Under the pieces are notes generated by a model, which saw only the letters and a program-made list of their open reading frames with translations, did no database searches and was not told the DNA's origin. The position numbers and the translations under genes were made by a program. Of a stretch of DNA of 64,000 bases, positions 38,318 to 51,000 are shown piece by piece. The stretch is from assembly GCF_902459465.1 (NCBI RefSeq), contig NC_047073.1, forward strand, positions 16,616,001 to 16,680,000. Direction: 5' to 3'. Source of the DNA: Asterias rubens (taxonomy: Eukaryota). The first letter of the stretch is position 1. Each line of letters begins with the position of its first letter.

Positions 38318-38920
38318 TCAACATTAAACACATAATTGAATAAGTGTATTAGTTGATATAGTTATTATTATAAAGACAGACGAAGTGAAGAGTGAAATAC
38401 AATGTTTATCTAATAGCTACAGATGATTTCCAAACAACACCCAAAAGCTATTTCTATTAGTCGAGGTATCCTCCTCTTAAAATAAAATCATCTTCTATGA
38501 AGTTCGTCTTATTTGCTCTCTCTTCTGTCTCCTGCGACTTCCTTCACCATTGACTCTATCCAACCATCTTCACCCTTATCTAAACAAAAAACACTTTTTT
38601 TCTTGACACTCTTGTCTTGAAGCTTTCCCGTTAGCAATTTGAGAGCGATGTCCACTTCCAAGCACTCTCACTCCCACCATCTTGCTTTCTGTCTTCAACT
38701 CCGGAGTCAAGTTGTTGATTCATGGTTGGGCGGATGGCAAACCTTGCCGCTGGGCATGACGGGTAAAGCACGGATTCGACGTCATTGGGGTTTGCGGGGA
38801 AGAGTCCGTGACCAAACATTATTTTGTTGGATGGGGTTGACTCAGACCCCCAACCCCCCTACTCTCCCACAGTTTCAACCCTGTTGACAATTATGATGCA
38901 CCGATCTTTGGTTTTCCAGT

Positions 38921-38921
<1 letters not shown>

Positions 38922-38972
<51 letters not shown>
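38922..38972. repeat. (GA)n microsatellite
   Basis: Uninterrupted GA run of about 50 nt. Confidence 0.95.
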
Positions 38973-38976
<4 letters not shown>

Positions 38977-39568
38977 AATATTGTTCTACTTTAGACCTGG
39001 TGTTCGCACCCTCAGGTTATGTGAGTAATGGATTGATGGTAATTGTTTTGCATACAATATTGTGTAAAAATTACTACGAGTGATTCATTTCCTCGATTGG
39101 TGCTTTACAATTAATGAATTCTGAGAGTCTGTGATGAAGTAATGTATGATTGAGCAGAGGGAGAGTGGGTAGGAAGGTTTTGGTGGAGTGAATGTATGAG
39201 GGGGGGGGATTGTAAGTAGAAGGGGAAGAAGGAGTTGGTACAAGGAAATATCTGATGGCTGAGCGATGAAATGGGAATCAACAAGGTGTTCCTTCAACAG
39301 GTGTATCCACTTTGAGTAAGGTTTGACTGGCATCATTATGAGAGGTGTAGATGTGCTGAGTTGGTTCACTCGAGATTCCAAGATGACACAATGATCTGAA
39401 GTATCTTTATCCCTCAAGAAGGAGAGTTTGGAAAGTAACCGTTGCAACCATCAGATAAAGCCAGTACAAACGGATTGATGGGATTTTCACATTTCGTATT
39501 GATGAGTTATTAAGACTAGACTGTACCAAGCTAACAAGAGACTCACCGGGCACAGTAATATTAAAACA

Positions 39569-39615
39569 CATGTATATAGCGCCGAATACATTGCAAAAAA
39601 TGTTTCAAGGCGCTT
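39569..39615 (-). mobile_element. LINE/SINE 3'-tail-like fragment (L2/CR1 group)
   Basis: The minus strand AAGCGCCTTGAAAC..TGTATTCGGCGCTATATACATG resembles the tail at 14878-14925. Possible decayed LINE sequence (SDH motif) at 39085-39450 is uncertain. Confidence 0.35.
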
Positions 39616-41762
39616 TGCGATAAAAATAAGAAAACTATACCATTTAACCATGAAAAGTAAAATCATGAAAAGTAACGGTCATATCCGGTTTCCTTGACAT
39701 TAAACAACTGAAAATATTTATATTTCCCATTGACAGACTGCCATTCCTTCGCAGGTTTCCTCTCGAATCGCTCTAACATGTACCCTTGTCATCCTCGGTG
39801 GAGAGAAGCAATTATGATAAAGTGCACCGCAACAGCTAGAGCCCAAATACAGAGTCACAGCCGAAGCCATGTTTGGAAAAACACACATTGGTTCGACATC
39901 ATGTCAATAAATTAAAGTGCATTTCCAATTAAAGAGTATTCACAACCCATTCTCAATTCCTTCAATACCAACTGATTTTCAGTTTGTCTTTGCCTGCGAA
40001 TCCAGCTATTGTTGCTCTACATAATCCGTTCAAACCAATATCATAATTCTAACCATATGCCACATGCTTTCTTGTTTTGAGGATTACAAAAGCGTGCCCC
40101 AATTTTTATAACCATCTGGTTTTTCTTTCTGATAAAGCGAGGACAGAAAAAGTTTGTTCGGTGTGGGCCTTGATAAAATCCGTGACAGCCACAAAAGAGT
40201 CACACCACGAAGGATCCCTGAAGCGGCCTATCGTCCAAACATTTACCGCTCCAAACACAATGTTTCACTATTGTCTAGGACAAGGGAAACCAAGGTATTT
40301 ACGTTTCTCAATATTTGTAGAGTTGCTAGTTTGCCCCCATTTCAGCTCCAAGTCTTCTTTTGAAAAAAATAAAATAAACACACAATTAGAACCGCTCAAG
40401 TATACATTGTGAATGATAAAGCACACATAAGACTGGAGAGAAAAAAACAAGAAGAAAAAAATGGCTATTAACTTTGTTGGTTTGCCAAGGTCACGTATGA
40501 AAGCTCAGATGGTAAAATTTTCTCCTTGATCCTTTTATTACCTTTACAAATAACCACCTGGTGGTTCCTTCAATCTGACCCAAATACTATCCAGCTATCC
40601 ACACAGTTTATGTTTACCTTTTCTAGTCCCCTTCTTCCTTTCTGAAGTAGCTAGTTTGCGGTTGCAAACTACCTCCAACAATAGGGACCGGAGGCCCTAG
40701 AGTTTGTCCTCATCGCAAACATAGAGAGAGAGGAAAACAAAGTTTTCCGTGAAGTTGTCAGACCTCCTTTAGTACCGAGCCCCAAGTTTGCCTTGTATAC
40801 AACTCATCACACGAACACCCATGGATCCCGTCCTCTCGTAGCAACCATCGATGCTTCTTGACACATTATGGGTTGACTCCCCGCCCCCTTTTCGCAATTG
40901 AGGGGTTTACTGTTTGCCCGGTTGTGCCCTTTCATACTTCAAAATTACACTTTAGATTTCTTTATCGTAACTCCAATATCATGTTTCACAACTCTCTTGT
41001 ATTTACTGTTAAAGTTTCGAGCTACGCTGTCAATAACAACTTATCTATAGCGAGGCTTTCACGTAAGCAGAAGTTATTCAATACAATCTATTTTGTTTGT
41101 GTCCTTAACTGACTGCTTGTTCATGTTTTCTTCTACTTCCCGCAAAACGAATTGTACACATCTTACTTACCGCATAGAGGATACACTTTCCCAAGTGCTC
41201 AAAACCCCTCCAGCGAAACGGTATGTTCTATGTCTGAAGCATAGTCAATTATAAAGAGTTATTTTATGAGACGAAGCAACCACAATACAACACTTTGAAA
41301 GGTTTGCAAAGTGAGGTTGCCTATAATTGCTGCCAGACCAAGACAACAAAACCAGGGGCAAACCTATTTTGTGATTAGTGAAAAAGTAAAAAAAGAAGAA
41401 ACCAGTATTCAATGCCACCTTAAAAGACAATAGTCCGCCTCTAAAATGTCAATCGAAATAGATCTTCATGTTTCTAAGTAAACAAAAGTCAACAACAACA
41501 AAAACTTCGTTTTTATTAATAGTTAGAGCCTCTCGTGAAACATCAAACCTCAGCACGCCCGAACGACTCCAGTCTTTGCTCTTAAGCCAAGGAACTGCTA
41601 GTGTGTTTCAAAAACTTAATGATGTCACTTTTGTCGGGTTACAAAAGTGATTTTAATGAAGAATATTAATTTATGAATAATAATCAATTACAGATAAGAA
41701 GGCAAATCGAGTATATAATGATTCGTAGAACGGGCAGTTCGAAACTAAAAAAAAAATCATGG

Positions 41763-41891
41763 GCTTGACCGAGGGCAAGTTGGCTGTAGCTTGACCGAGG
41801 GCAAGTTGGCTGTAGCTTGACCGAGGGCAAGTTGGCTGTAGCTTGACCGAGGGCAAGTTGGCTGTAGCTTGACCGAGGGCAAGTTGGCTGT
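41763..41891. repeat. Minisatellite, 26-bp unit GCTTGACCGAGGGCAAGTTGGCTGTA, about 5 identical copies
   Basis: Read directly from the sequence. Confidence 0.95.
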
Positions 41892-43459
41892 TCTCTGCGA
41901 ATTAAAAGCAACAAAAGTGTTAATCCCATTGGTATATAAAATAATATTTATTGTTATAAAGCCACCTTGTGTCTATTGCTAGCCTAATTTAACGAATAAG
42001 TGTCAGTAATTGAGAAATTGACTCAAGTGTTTAGTTGACGCATACTCTATAGAATCCCATGTACTTTATAGTTTGATGATGCGTCTTGGTGCATGTTATT
42101 GGGGTGTAGTGTACCTCACGCGTGTCTGTATCCTTGCTTACGGCATAGAGCAAGGAATTGCTCCAATTGCTCTATGCTTACGGCATACAATGTTTTCAAT
42201 CAAACCAATCATACCCACTTAAGACTGTTGACCCAACACTGCAATGATTTCCTTACCATTTTGCCAGCTTAATAGTCTGCGTCCACAAGTAGCGCTAATA
42301 ATTCTCCATTTGTATACCAATTTCCCGCGTTTTTTCTACTGAATGTGTGGATACAGGTCGTCATTCTATTGTGATTACTCACATAAGCCACGTTTTCATA
42401 GCTATAGTTTGTACACTTGGTTTGTCTTCTTTTTCCCTGTAAAGAGCAAACCTAATTTAATGTAGATCTTACCGGATGGTCGTCCATTAATCGAAAGGGG
42501 GTATCGTGCACGATTTTCACCAAGTTTACACTCTTTTGTGAGGACGGCCGGCGCTCGGACAATGTCCGCGCCATTTAATTTGTAGTTTGGAGCACGGTTT
42601 CGCCACTCACCGTGATTTGGGCAAATCATAGACGGGGCTAGAGCGCTGTGGAGTCGGTAAACAGATACGGAGAGACACGAGCGGGCTCCGGAGACCGCAT
42701 TGTCACCAAAGCTAAAGACTTAGAAAACTGTCTCAATTTTGTGAGCAATTTTCTTCCAAAGGGACAAAGACAACATTTTCATCGCCTGAGGAGCCGGGCA
42801 ATCTTCTTGAATATCGTCTGTATGAAATCGATGTATTTTGGCATGTTTGTTATGGTTGACCGTGAGTAGAGCCAACAAACACTCTGAATCGAAATGCTCC
42901 ACCGCAGAGGTTTTAGACCAACAAGAAAAAAAGAAAAGAAAAAAAATCAATTTTCAAAAGGAATTTCAATTTCAGTTAAAAGGTCCATTTCAAAGCGTTA
43001 AGTACACGGACAGCAAATACTACCTCAAGTAAACGTAATTATCGACTCATTCTAAGCGAAGAAATTGTATAGATTAACGCTCTTGATTTTTTAGACTATG
43101 CCTAATCGGTTATTCTACTTCACACGGACGATGAACAAAATACAATCTTTATTAAGTCTACACTCTCCAAGTGAGAATAAAAGACGCGAGATTCTGAACG
43201 TTGTTTGAGTTGCTCAAAGCGCCACCAACGTGCAGTCGTTCAACACACATTCATGAGCTGGGGTGCAGATGCACCTCACACGTGCTGGAGAATACACGTT
43301 AAGAAGTGTTCAGAGAATCAGATTTTATGAGAAAAGTTTCTAGAAAGAAAACATTTAAGGTTTGATTTGTGAAAAGCGTCTTTCTCGAGTGTGTAATTTC
43401 GTCCATAAAAAACAAAGGTCAGTTGCTAAAACTCTTAAGAGTCCAGAGATAAGAAATTA

Positions 43460-43567
43460 ATCCGGATCCCGGATCATGTAATCCGGACCCGCATCATGTA
43501 TGCGGATCCCGCATCATGTAATCCGGATCCCGGATCGTGTAATCTGGACCCCGGATCATGTAATCCG
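43460..43567. repeat. Minisatellite, 20-21-bp unit ATCCGGATCCCGGATCATGTA, about 5 copies
   Basis: Read directly; the copies are imperfect. Confidence 0.9.
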
Positions 43568-46500
43568 CGTTATAGGCAGACTCGGAATCAATGTCAGGAT
43601 CAACAAACTTAAAATAAATACATAAAATGCAAAGTCCAAGATTTCTTGAACACACTATGGAGTGAATTGAAGACAACAAAAAGACAACATTTGTAACTGA
43701 GTACGAGTGATTTAATGACAGACTGAATGAATTGCAAATTATATTCAAACAACCTGTTTGGCAGTTTCCTAGGCAGACTGGAAGATTGTCTTTTGTTTTT
43801 ACGGACAACAGCTATAAGGCGGTGGATCTATTTGTCTTTGCCGGTCAAAACATGCACGTGTATACAGCTCAGCAAAAGTCGATTCGAAAAGCTTGAAAAT
43901 GCCCCGGATTCGATAAAAGACGGTAGCACTGCGCTTCCACCTCCGAGAGAGAGAGACGGATAAAAATGTTTAATTTACAATGTGTAGTCACTTCCAAATA
44001 GGTCAACCGCTCGGGTCGTGGCACTGGTGCGTGAGGTCCGAGGCACGAGGCTCCCTCATTTGGGATTTAAATCACCGGAGAAAAATGGTTGCGATCTTGG
44101 ATTGGCTTGATGGGATGTTTCCTGCTGGTCTTCGGAAGGAGACTAATTGCGACAGAGGTTACTGCTAAGTTATACTCCCGATAAACACTTCCCTTGGGTC
44201 CATCGGGAAGCTCTTGCGGGGGAGAGGGGGAGAGAGAAAGAGAGTCTCCCGCCTCGGACTTTGTTTGTTTGCAAGATTTAAAGACAGGATTTCGGATGGC
44301 CAACCAAGACATCGATTCCGCATCATCTCTACTGTCTTCAACTCGACGAAACTTTGTAAATCTATCTTTGCCGAGGGCCAAATCGAAAGCGTGTTGGGCA
44401 CATTCTCTCAGTGTCTGTCTCTCCCCTCTCTCATTTTCTTGCTTTTTGATATCCCTTGGGTGCACATTACTGCACTGCGTTCCCCCCGCAGGGCCGTAAA
44501 AGGGCGGCCTAGCTTAGCCATTAGTATGCAGGCTCACTCGTCAAAACGCCGGCTTCCCGGCTTGGCTTAAGTGAAGCAACTTCGATTCTATGCAAAAAAG
44601 CCTCTAACGATCGACTCGAGCCTAGATTTCTTGTTTGCCATTCTTAAACGGTTGCCACAGAATGTCACAGCCGTGTATGACATGACTGTTGCTTGTAAAA
44701 GACATGGTAAGGAGGTTGGGTTTGGGGGACGCTCTACGTCTTTAATCAGTTAGGTCACGAGACGGAAACTTGCAAATTGTTTCGATCTAAATTCTCGCGC
44801 CAATTCTCAACAACTCGTCTGCTGTCACATGTTGTCAGTTTAGAGATTGCCTGATGATACTTTGATGGTTGGTTACATTGTAATCTACAACACACGTTTC
44901 TAGAATCGCTATCGAGCTTTAAATAATAGAACAGTTTACCTTTCGGAAACACACAGTGATTGAGCTGTCGACGGTTGTCGGTTGTTACCATTGTATTTGT
45001 AGTCAGCTGCCGTCAGTTGTCGATCGTTTTGTAGGACTAACCAAAGCTGTTGTTGAAGACAGAAGTGTTACGTTAGTGTGTTTGATTGGAAGTGTTTCTC
45101 TTTTTCTTCCTACATTGTACATTAACCCAAAACAATCAATAATTCTCATCATATGTAAATATTTTGTCACAGAACACATACGTAGGCAAGTACGGTTATT
45201 ACATTTTCAAGCTAAGGCTTAAAGGAATCACGTCATATTTGTTTTATCTAACAACATAACTCATCAGTGACTTCAACAATGGGGCAGCCATCTTATTTAT
45301 ATATCATTTCAATCGACGTAACTAAATCCAGGCTGTGGTTATCTTTTGTGAAGAAAGCCCTCTTTTCATTGTACCGGAATGGACTGCGAATGAATATCAA
45401 AGAAACTTGTTATAAAGGAAATTAATGTCCTTTGAAAAGACAGATGAAACAAATAACAAACAGAACAGAAGACGTAAAGTTAAAAGAAATAACCACAACA
45501 AATAAATATTCTGCTGCCACCATATTGGTCACATTCCCTGTGTGCGATAGAACTATTTTATGTTGTTTTTCATATACGGAAATGGTGCCAGACTCTTTTT
45601 CGCTTCAAGTCTCTGTTTGGGTTTATACATTATGATAGGGGAATGACAAAATGGCGGCATCCATTTGGATCACCGTCGAATGGCTTTATTCACCATAAAG
45701 CAAACCAACCAAACTTAGAAGCTTACAATTGTAACGTTTCCAAACAATTGGAAACAATATAAAGGAGATGAGTCATGTAAATTGCATCTTATGAAGAAGC
45801 AATCTTTCCAGTCCCCCCTTTTCCCTCGTTCACCTGTACTTTGCTTCCAAGTCTTCCCTTACTGTACATAAACACTTGAAGGCGCCGGGCCCCCGTTCGC
45901 AATGAAAACCAAATTTTGAAATTGTTTCTCCGCTTACCGCTCAACGAGCGCCTAGCAAAACAATCCCGAGCTATCCAGAGTGGATAGAAAATCGCAGCAA
46001 TTGAAGATATTTTCCAGTCTCCTTGTTGGCTCTTATAGCGATGGTTCTTTACGTAGGGTAGGGCGCGAGGCCGTAGGGACCGCACTGGCCGGGTGAACGC
46101 CCGCACAAGTGATTCGAGGGTCCGCTCTCACCCCAAGCCCCGGCTCTTCTGAACCTTCGAGTGCCTCGTTCCCAGACAAAATCACACAATTTAATGTTCT
46201 TTTTGGACGGATTATGGATTTAGTATGGATTGCTTTTGTAGCTATTATGATGAGTAGCCGGCTTTATTTTACTAGGTACTAATCAAGAGAGGACAGAATA
46301 CTACAAAATGAAAAGGTTCTCCTGCTGTATCGCTTAGAACATGGAATCTGATAATGGGGTTCTGTGGCAAACCCTTTTGAGGACTTTTACTTCAAATAAA
46401 ACCCAAAGTGCTCAGGAAAAGCTTAGGACTCATATTACAGACAAGTACTGATAGCTGGGTATCAAATTATTAATATTGCCTCTTTAATTTGACGACAGCG

Positions 46501-47070
46501 ATTGAGATAAGAACAGTTATGGGTTCATAAAGTTGATAATTCTTTTACTTTACTTTCCACTCTTTCAAATCGAATGTAACTGCACTACATGCTATAAATA
46601 TAAAAGGGTTGAAAATGAAACTCAGAAACGGGCTCATGTTGTTGGTGTCATTGCAGCAAGCCCTTAAAGAAAAAAGCAAGTCAATAACACGTACAATTAT
46701 TTAATTAATTTTAATTCATTAATCAATTGTACTTTAAAAAGTTTAAGTTTAACTTAAGTGATATTGAACAGTCAATCAGATAAAAGCTCTTGTTTGTTTC
46801 GTTAACTGGATAAATCGTCTCTTTATCCGCCATTGACACCGAGTGTTACACATTTTCAAAGTCTTGCCTTAAAAAGTCTCCTCGGTTGGGATGTGAACTC
46901 ATGACCTTCGTATTAGAGTATTTGTCCTCGCTCGGTGGCGACAGAATCCTAGACACAAATCCTAAAGTGTCCTTTAGAGATTACGTAGTTATCAAGCAAA
47001 GATGGATCATTTTCTATACAAGCGACGTTTAAGATATATTTTGGTACACCTTCACAACAACTCATCTTAG

Positions 47071-47438
47071 AGGGAAGGTACACGTTTGGTAATTGTCAAA
47101 GACCAGTCTTCTCACTTGGTGTATCCCATCATAACCATAAAATAACAAACCTGTGAAATTTTGAGCTCAATTGGTCGTCGAAGTTGCGAGTAAATGATGA
47201 AAGAAAAAACACCCTTGTTGGACGAATTTGTGTGCTTTCAGATAAGAATAAAAGACTTCTAGCTAGAAGTCTTTTATTATTTTAGTGAGAAATTACCTAT
47301 TTCTCAAAAACTACGTTACTTCAGAGGGAGTCGTTTCCCACAATGTTTTATACTATCAACAGCTCTCCAATGCTCGTTTCCAAGTCGGTTTTTAAGTTAA
47401 TATTTGTTTTGAGTAATTACCAAACGTGTACCTTCCCT
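47071..47438 (-). mobile_element. Kolobok-type MITE, sister subfamily with perfect 24-bp TIRs
   Basis: AGGGAAGGTACACGTTTGGTAATT / AATTACCAAACGTGTACCTTCCCT. Left flank TTAG, right flank TTAA; body homologous to the family above. Confidence 0.8.
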
Positions 47439-47442
47439 TTAA

Positions 47443-47766
47443 AGCACTTGGAAAACATTGGTGATTCAAAGACCAGTATTCATACTTTGTGACCCAACAT
47501 AAACATGAAACAACAAACCTGTGAAAGTTTAAGCCCAATCGGCCATTAAAGTCACAATAAAACAGTGGTATTCTGCCTTCAAATTGGTTGGAAACATCGG
47601 GTGGTGGACTCTCTCGATCAAAACTAACAAATGTTTCATAAACTATATTACTTCAGCCACAAATATTTCGAAGGGAAGTTTTCCACCATGACCATGTTTA
47701 TTCCATCTAAGTTATGTGCAAATCTGCGAACAGTAATTTGCAATCTTGCAATGGTGTGCACAACCT
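47443..47766 (-). mobile_element. Older diverged Kolobok-type MITE abutting the previous element at a shared TTAA
   Basis: Starts TTAA|AGCACTTGG, shares AAAGACCAGT..CAACAT..ACAAACCTGTGAAA with the family, and ends GTGCACAACCT|TCAA. Confidence 0.55.
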
Positions 47767-48036
47767 TCAAATGAAATTATGAAAAATGATAATAACAATC
47801 TATAATGTCACTGAAATAAAAATATTGAGGACGTGGAATAGACACCATGTTCTTTAATAATGTCTTATTGTCTAAAATTATAAAGGCCTTCCCTTTTACC
47901 AAAGGCAAACAATGTTGATTCGATCACTTCATTCCCCTCAACAGGTTTCATATACGGACTCATTTAAACTGCATAACGATCCTTAATTTGAAAAGTTACA
48001 TTTAAAAAAGTACTATTTTAGCACGCATGCACAGAC

Positions 48037-48085
48037 AACCAGACTAAATCGCAACCAGACTAAATCGCAACCAGACTAAATCGCA
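48037..48085. repeat. 16-bp unit CAACCAGACTAAATCG, 3 copies
   Basis: Read directly from the sequence. Confidence 0.85.
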
Positions 48086-51000
48086 TTACAAAATTACCAA
48101 AATGGTGAATTTGGTTCAAGACTGGCAACAGTTAGTTTTTTTTAAATTCCTGCCAATTTAAAAGATAAAGGTTGGACAGCATACGAGTATACAACCATCT
48201 TAAATAACATGGAGTTGTTATTGTAATAATCTAATTTGTTTTCGCAGCTGAAATTGATTCAAAGTCTCGATGGCGGCCGCGCTGATTTGGCGGGTTTTGT
48301 CAATAGCGAAATACTCATCATCTTACAGCCAGCGTTTCCCGCCTTTTATACAAAACTAGGCTAAGTCATCAATGTGTTGAATAGGAAAGGCAATTCAGGA
48401 CAATTTGAGCACTACTCAATGAGCATCCACGACTAAACAGAGACACGTTGAGTATTGTATGACTATCGTCGTGTTTTTGAATTGCAGTTAAACAAGTCGA
48501 CAGAATACGTAAGGACAGATGAAGAATTGGGAAAGGAAAATATGGCGTGAATGAGGCCAAATTCTTGCTGCTGATCAGGCTGTATTCTTTACTCAGCTGC
48601 AACGGTGTGGGGATTGGCCAATAAGCTGTAGTCTCTAACTCGGACTGTATTTCAACCAGGGAGGCATTTCTGTACTTTCTTGGACTGTGGTGTGGCAATA
48701 GATATCATTCCATTCAGTTTTTAATAAGATGTATATTTTTGCTTCTCAAACCTAGAAAGTGGACTACGATTAGGTTACCATGGAAGCCCTTGAGATGTAT
48801 TGGGAGGGAGCTATCACCGATGGTTTTGGAAAGCCTCATTTTAGCGAAGCCCCTATTTGGCATGGATAGTCTCCGTAAGTGTCTACAGCTGTTGCTTGGT
48901 ATTTTCCCGCGCTATGATATGGGATTTAGTTTACGGCGTGCCTTATCGAACGGGTAAATTCTATCGCACACAAACACATTGCGCGCGAAGAGGGGAGGGG
49001 AAATACACCCAACGGAGAAGTGTCTAAAAGGTGTGTTTTAAAGCGGCCATTGGAAGGGGGGGGGGGGGGGGTTGACTAAAGCTTATTACTTTCCCGTAGA
49101 CACTATTGACTGAAGCTTGCACGGAGCAGGTCGATTTCTTCGTTTGTGTGTTCTTGGGGCCCCATTGCGGTCCGACTGGGCCACTCAAAAAACAGTACAT
49201 TATTATAGACAGAAGACTCTTCGGAAAATCGCTGCAAATAACAAACTTTGATTCAGAGTTCGATGACATTTTTTTTTGCAGCGCAATCTTCCGGGGTTGG
49301 CCAGAAGGGTTATAACATTTCAGGCCGTAATTGGATTTGAGGTGTAGTGTAGAGACTCGGGACGGTTAGAGGTGATTTGAACGAGCAAACTCTGCACGTG
49401 GCAATTTGCAATTGAATACGTTCCCTCTCTTTGTTACCACACAATCACGTGACCTTCCACGGTGAACTTTTGGCCTAAGAAACTATATACTTCTTGCCAG
49501 TTTTCTTTTAACATATTTTCATACTTCGTGGTGCCAGACAGAAGGGCGTTCTCTACGTCCTTGCTCCAGGCACATAAACTACTTTTTGTCCAATTAACAG
49601 AGGGTCGTACAGAATAGATATGGCTTCTGAAAAATACACAAGTATGGAGATACAGTCATAATAGAACTACCAAAAACAACCAAATCTATCAAAAATTAAT
49701 TTCCACCACGTAGATTTCAATAAAAACTTCATGCTGCCAACCTGGGAACATTTCATCAAATTCAGTGCTACGTTTTCGTGTCAACAACGACAAGTTTGTA
49801 AACTGCTTGAGTTTGTTCGTATAAATAGGCTCGCGGCTATCAAAATAACTAACTGTGGTTTGTGGTAACTTTAAATGCTATTTTGTGAGCTTAGACAAAA
49901 TGATTGAAATGTTTTCCCGAAGTAATGGTTTGAACTTTCTAATCATCGAGCTTTTCAAATTGAAATGAATCAACTTTCCCCGTTGACGTTGTTCTAACCT
50001 CTCCACTGTTTCATGTGTGTAATGCAGTCATCACCCTCTTGTTGTGTACACACTTTGTACTTGAAATAATGTCATACATTGCTCATGGTGTTAACTGACT
50101 CACTCCACTTATGCATATCATTAAACCTTAGGGTAAGTTCATGCACTTGGTTCCACCTTGCAACCGAGAAGAATTATTAATAACGATAGTAGCCATTTGT
50201 TATGTACCATGTCTGTAAGACACTAATGGTGTAAGATAACTGCAGGTAAAAAGAAGTGGGTCTGAGTTTTTACAGAGAAACAAACCCTAAATAGTTTTAT
50301 AGTTTGCAAATCCGGTTTGTTTTGGCTACATTAAAGTATTAGCTACATTTAGGAATTTAAGAACTTGAATGGCTACATAAAGGTATTGGCAATATTTAGG
50401 ACTTTTGGCTACATTGGGCTTGAGGAACATTACGGTATTGGCTATTTGGCTAGTGCTGAGCTAAATTTAGAACTTGGCTACATTTAGGTATTAAGGTACA
50501 TTAAGGTACACCACACACAACCACACATATTTGAAAACAGAGAGGTTTCACAACAACTTGCTTGACATGTTGAGATGGCGTTCATTTCAAACCGTAAAGT
50601 TGTTGGTTGAATTGAAACGGCGCGAAATTAAAGACAAGACACCCCAATCGATTCCTAAGCTCGAGCGGGAAGTTGTCCCGCCTTTACAGCTGACGCATCG
50701 CTAGCCAAAACTCTCCATCACTGAAATTGCCTCAAATATCGATGCCAAAAATAAAGTAATGTAAAGGAATTCTCCTCGTGTGTTTGTGTCGTTTCCCCCC
50801 GTCTTTCCCCCCTCTATTCACCCGCGAGTTCAGTGATCGTCATTGTTGATATCCTGTAAAATCACTCTGCCTGTTCTTTGCCATTGAGTATATGCAGTAA
50901 ACGAATCATGTTATTCTGGTGGGTATGATCTATTAAGCAGTAACATGAAGTTACCATGATTGACAATAATGTTCAAGGAATGTCAGTATACTTTTCTTGC

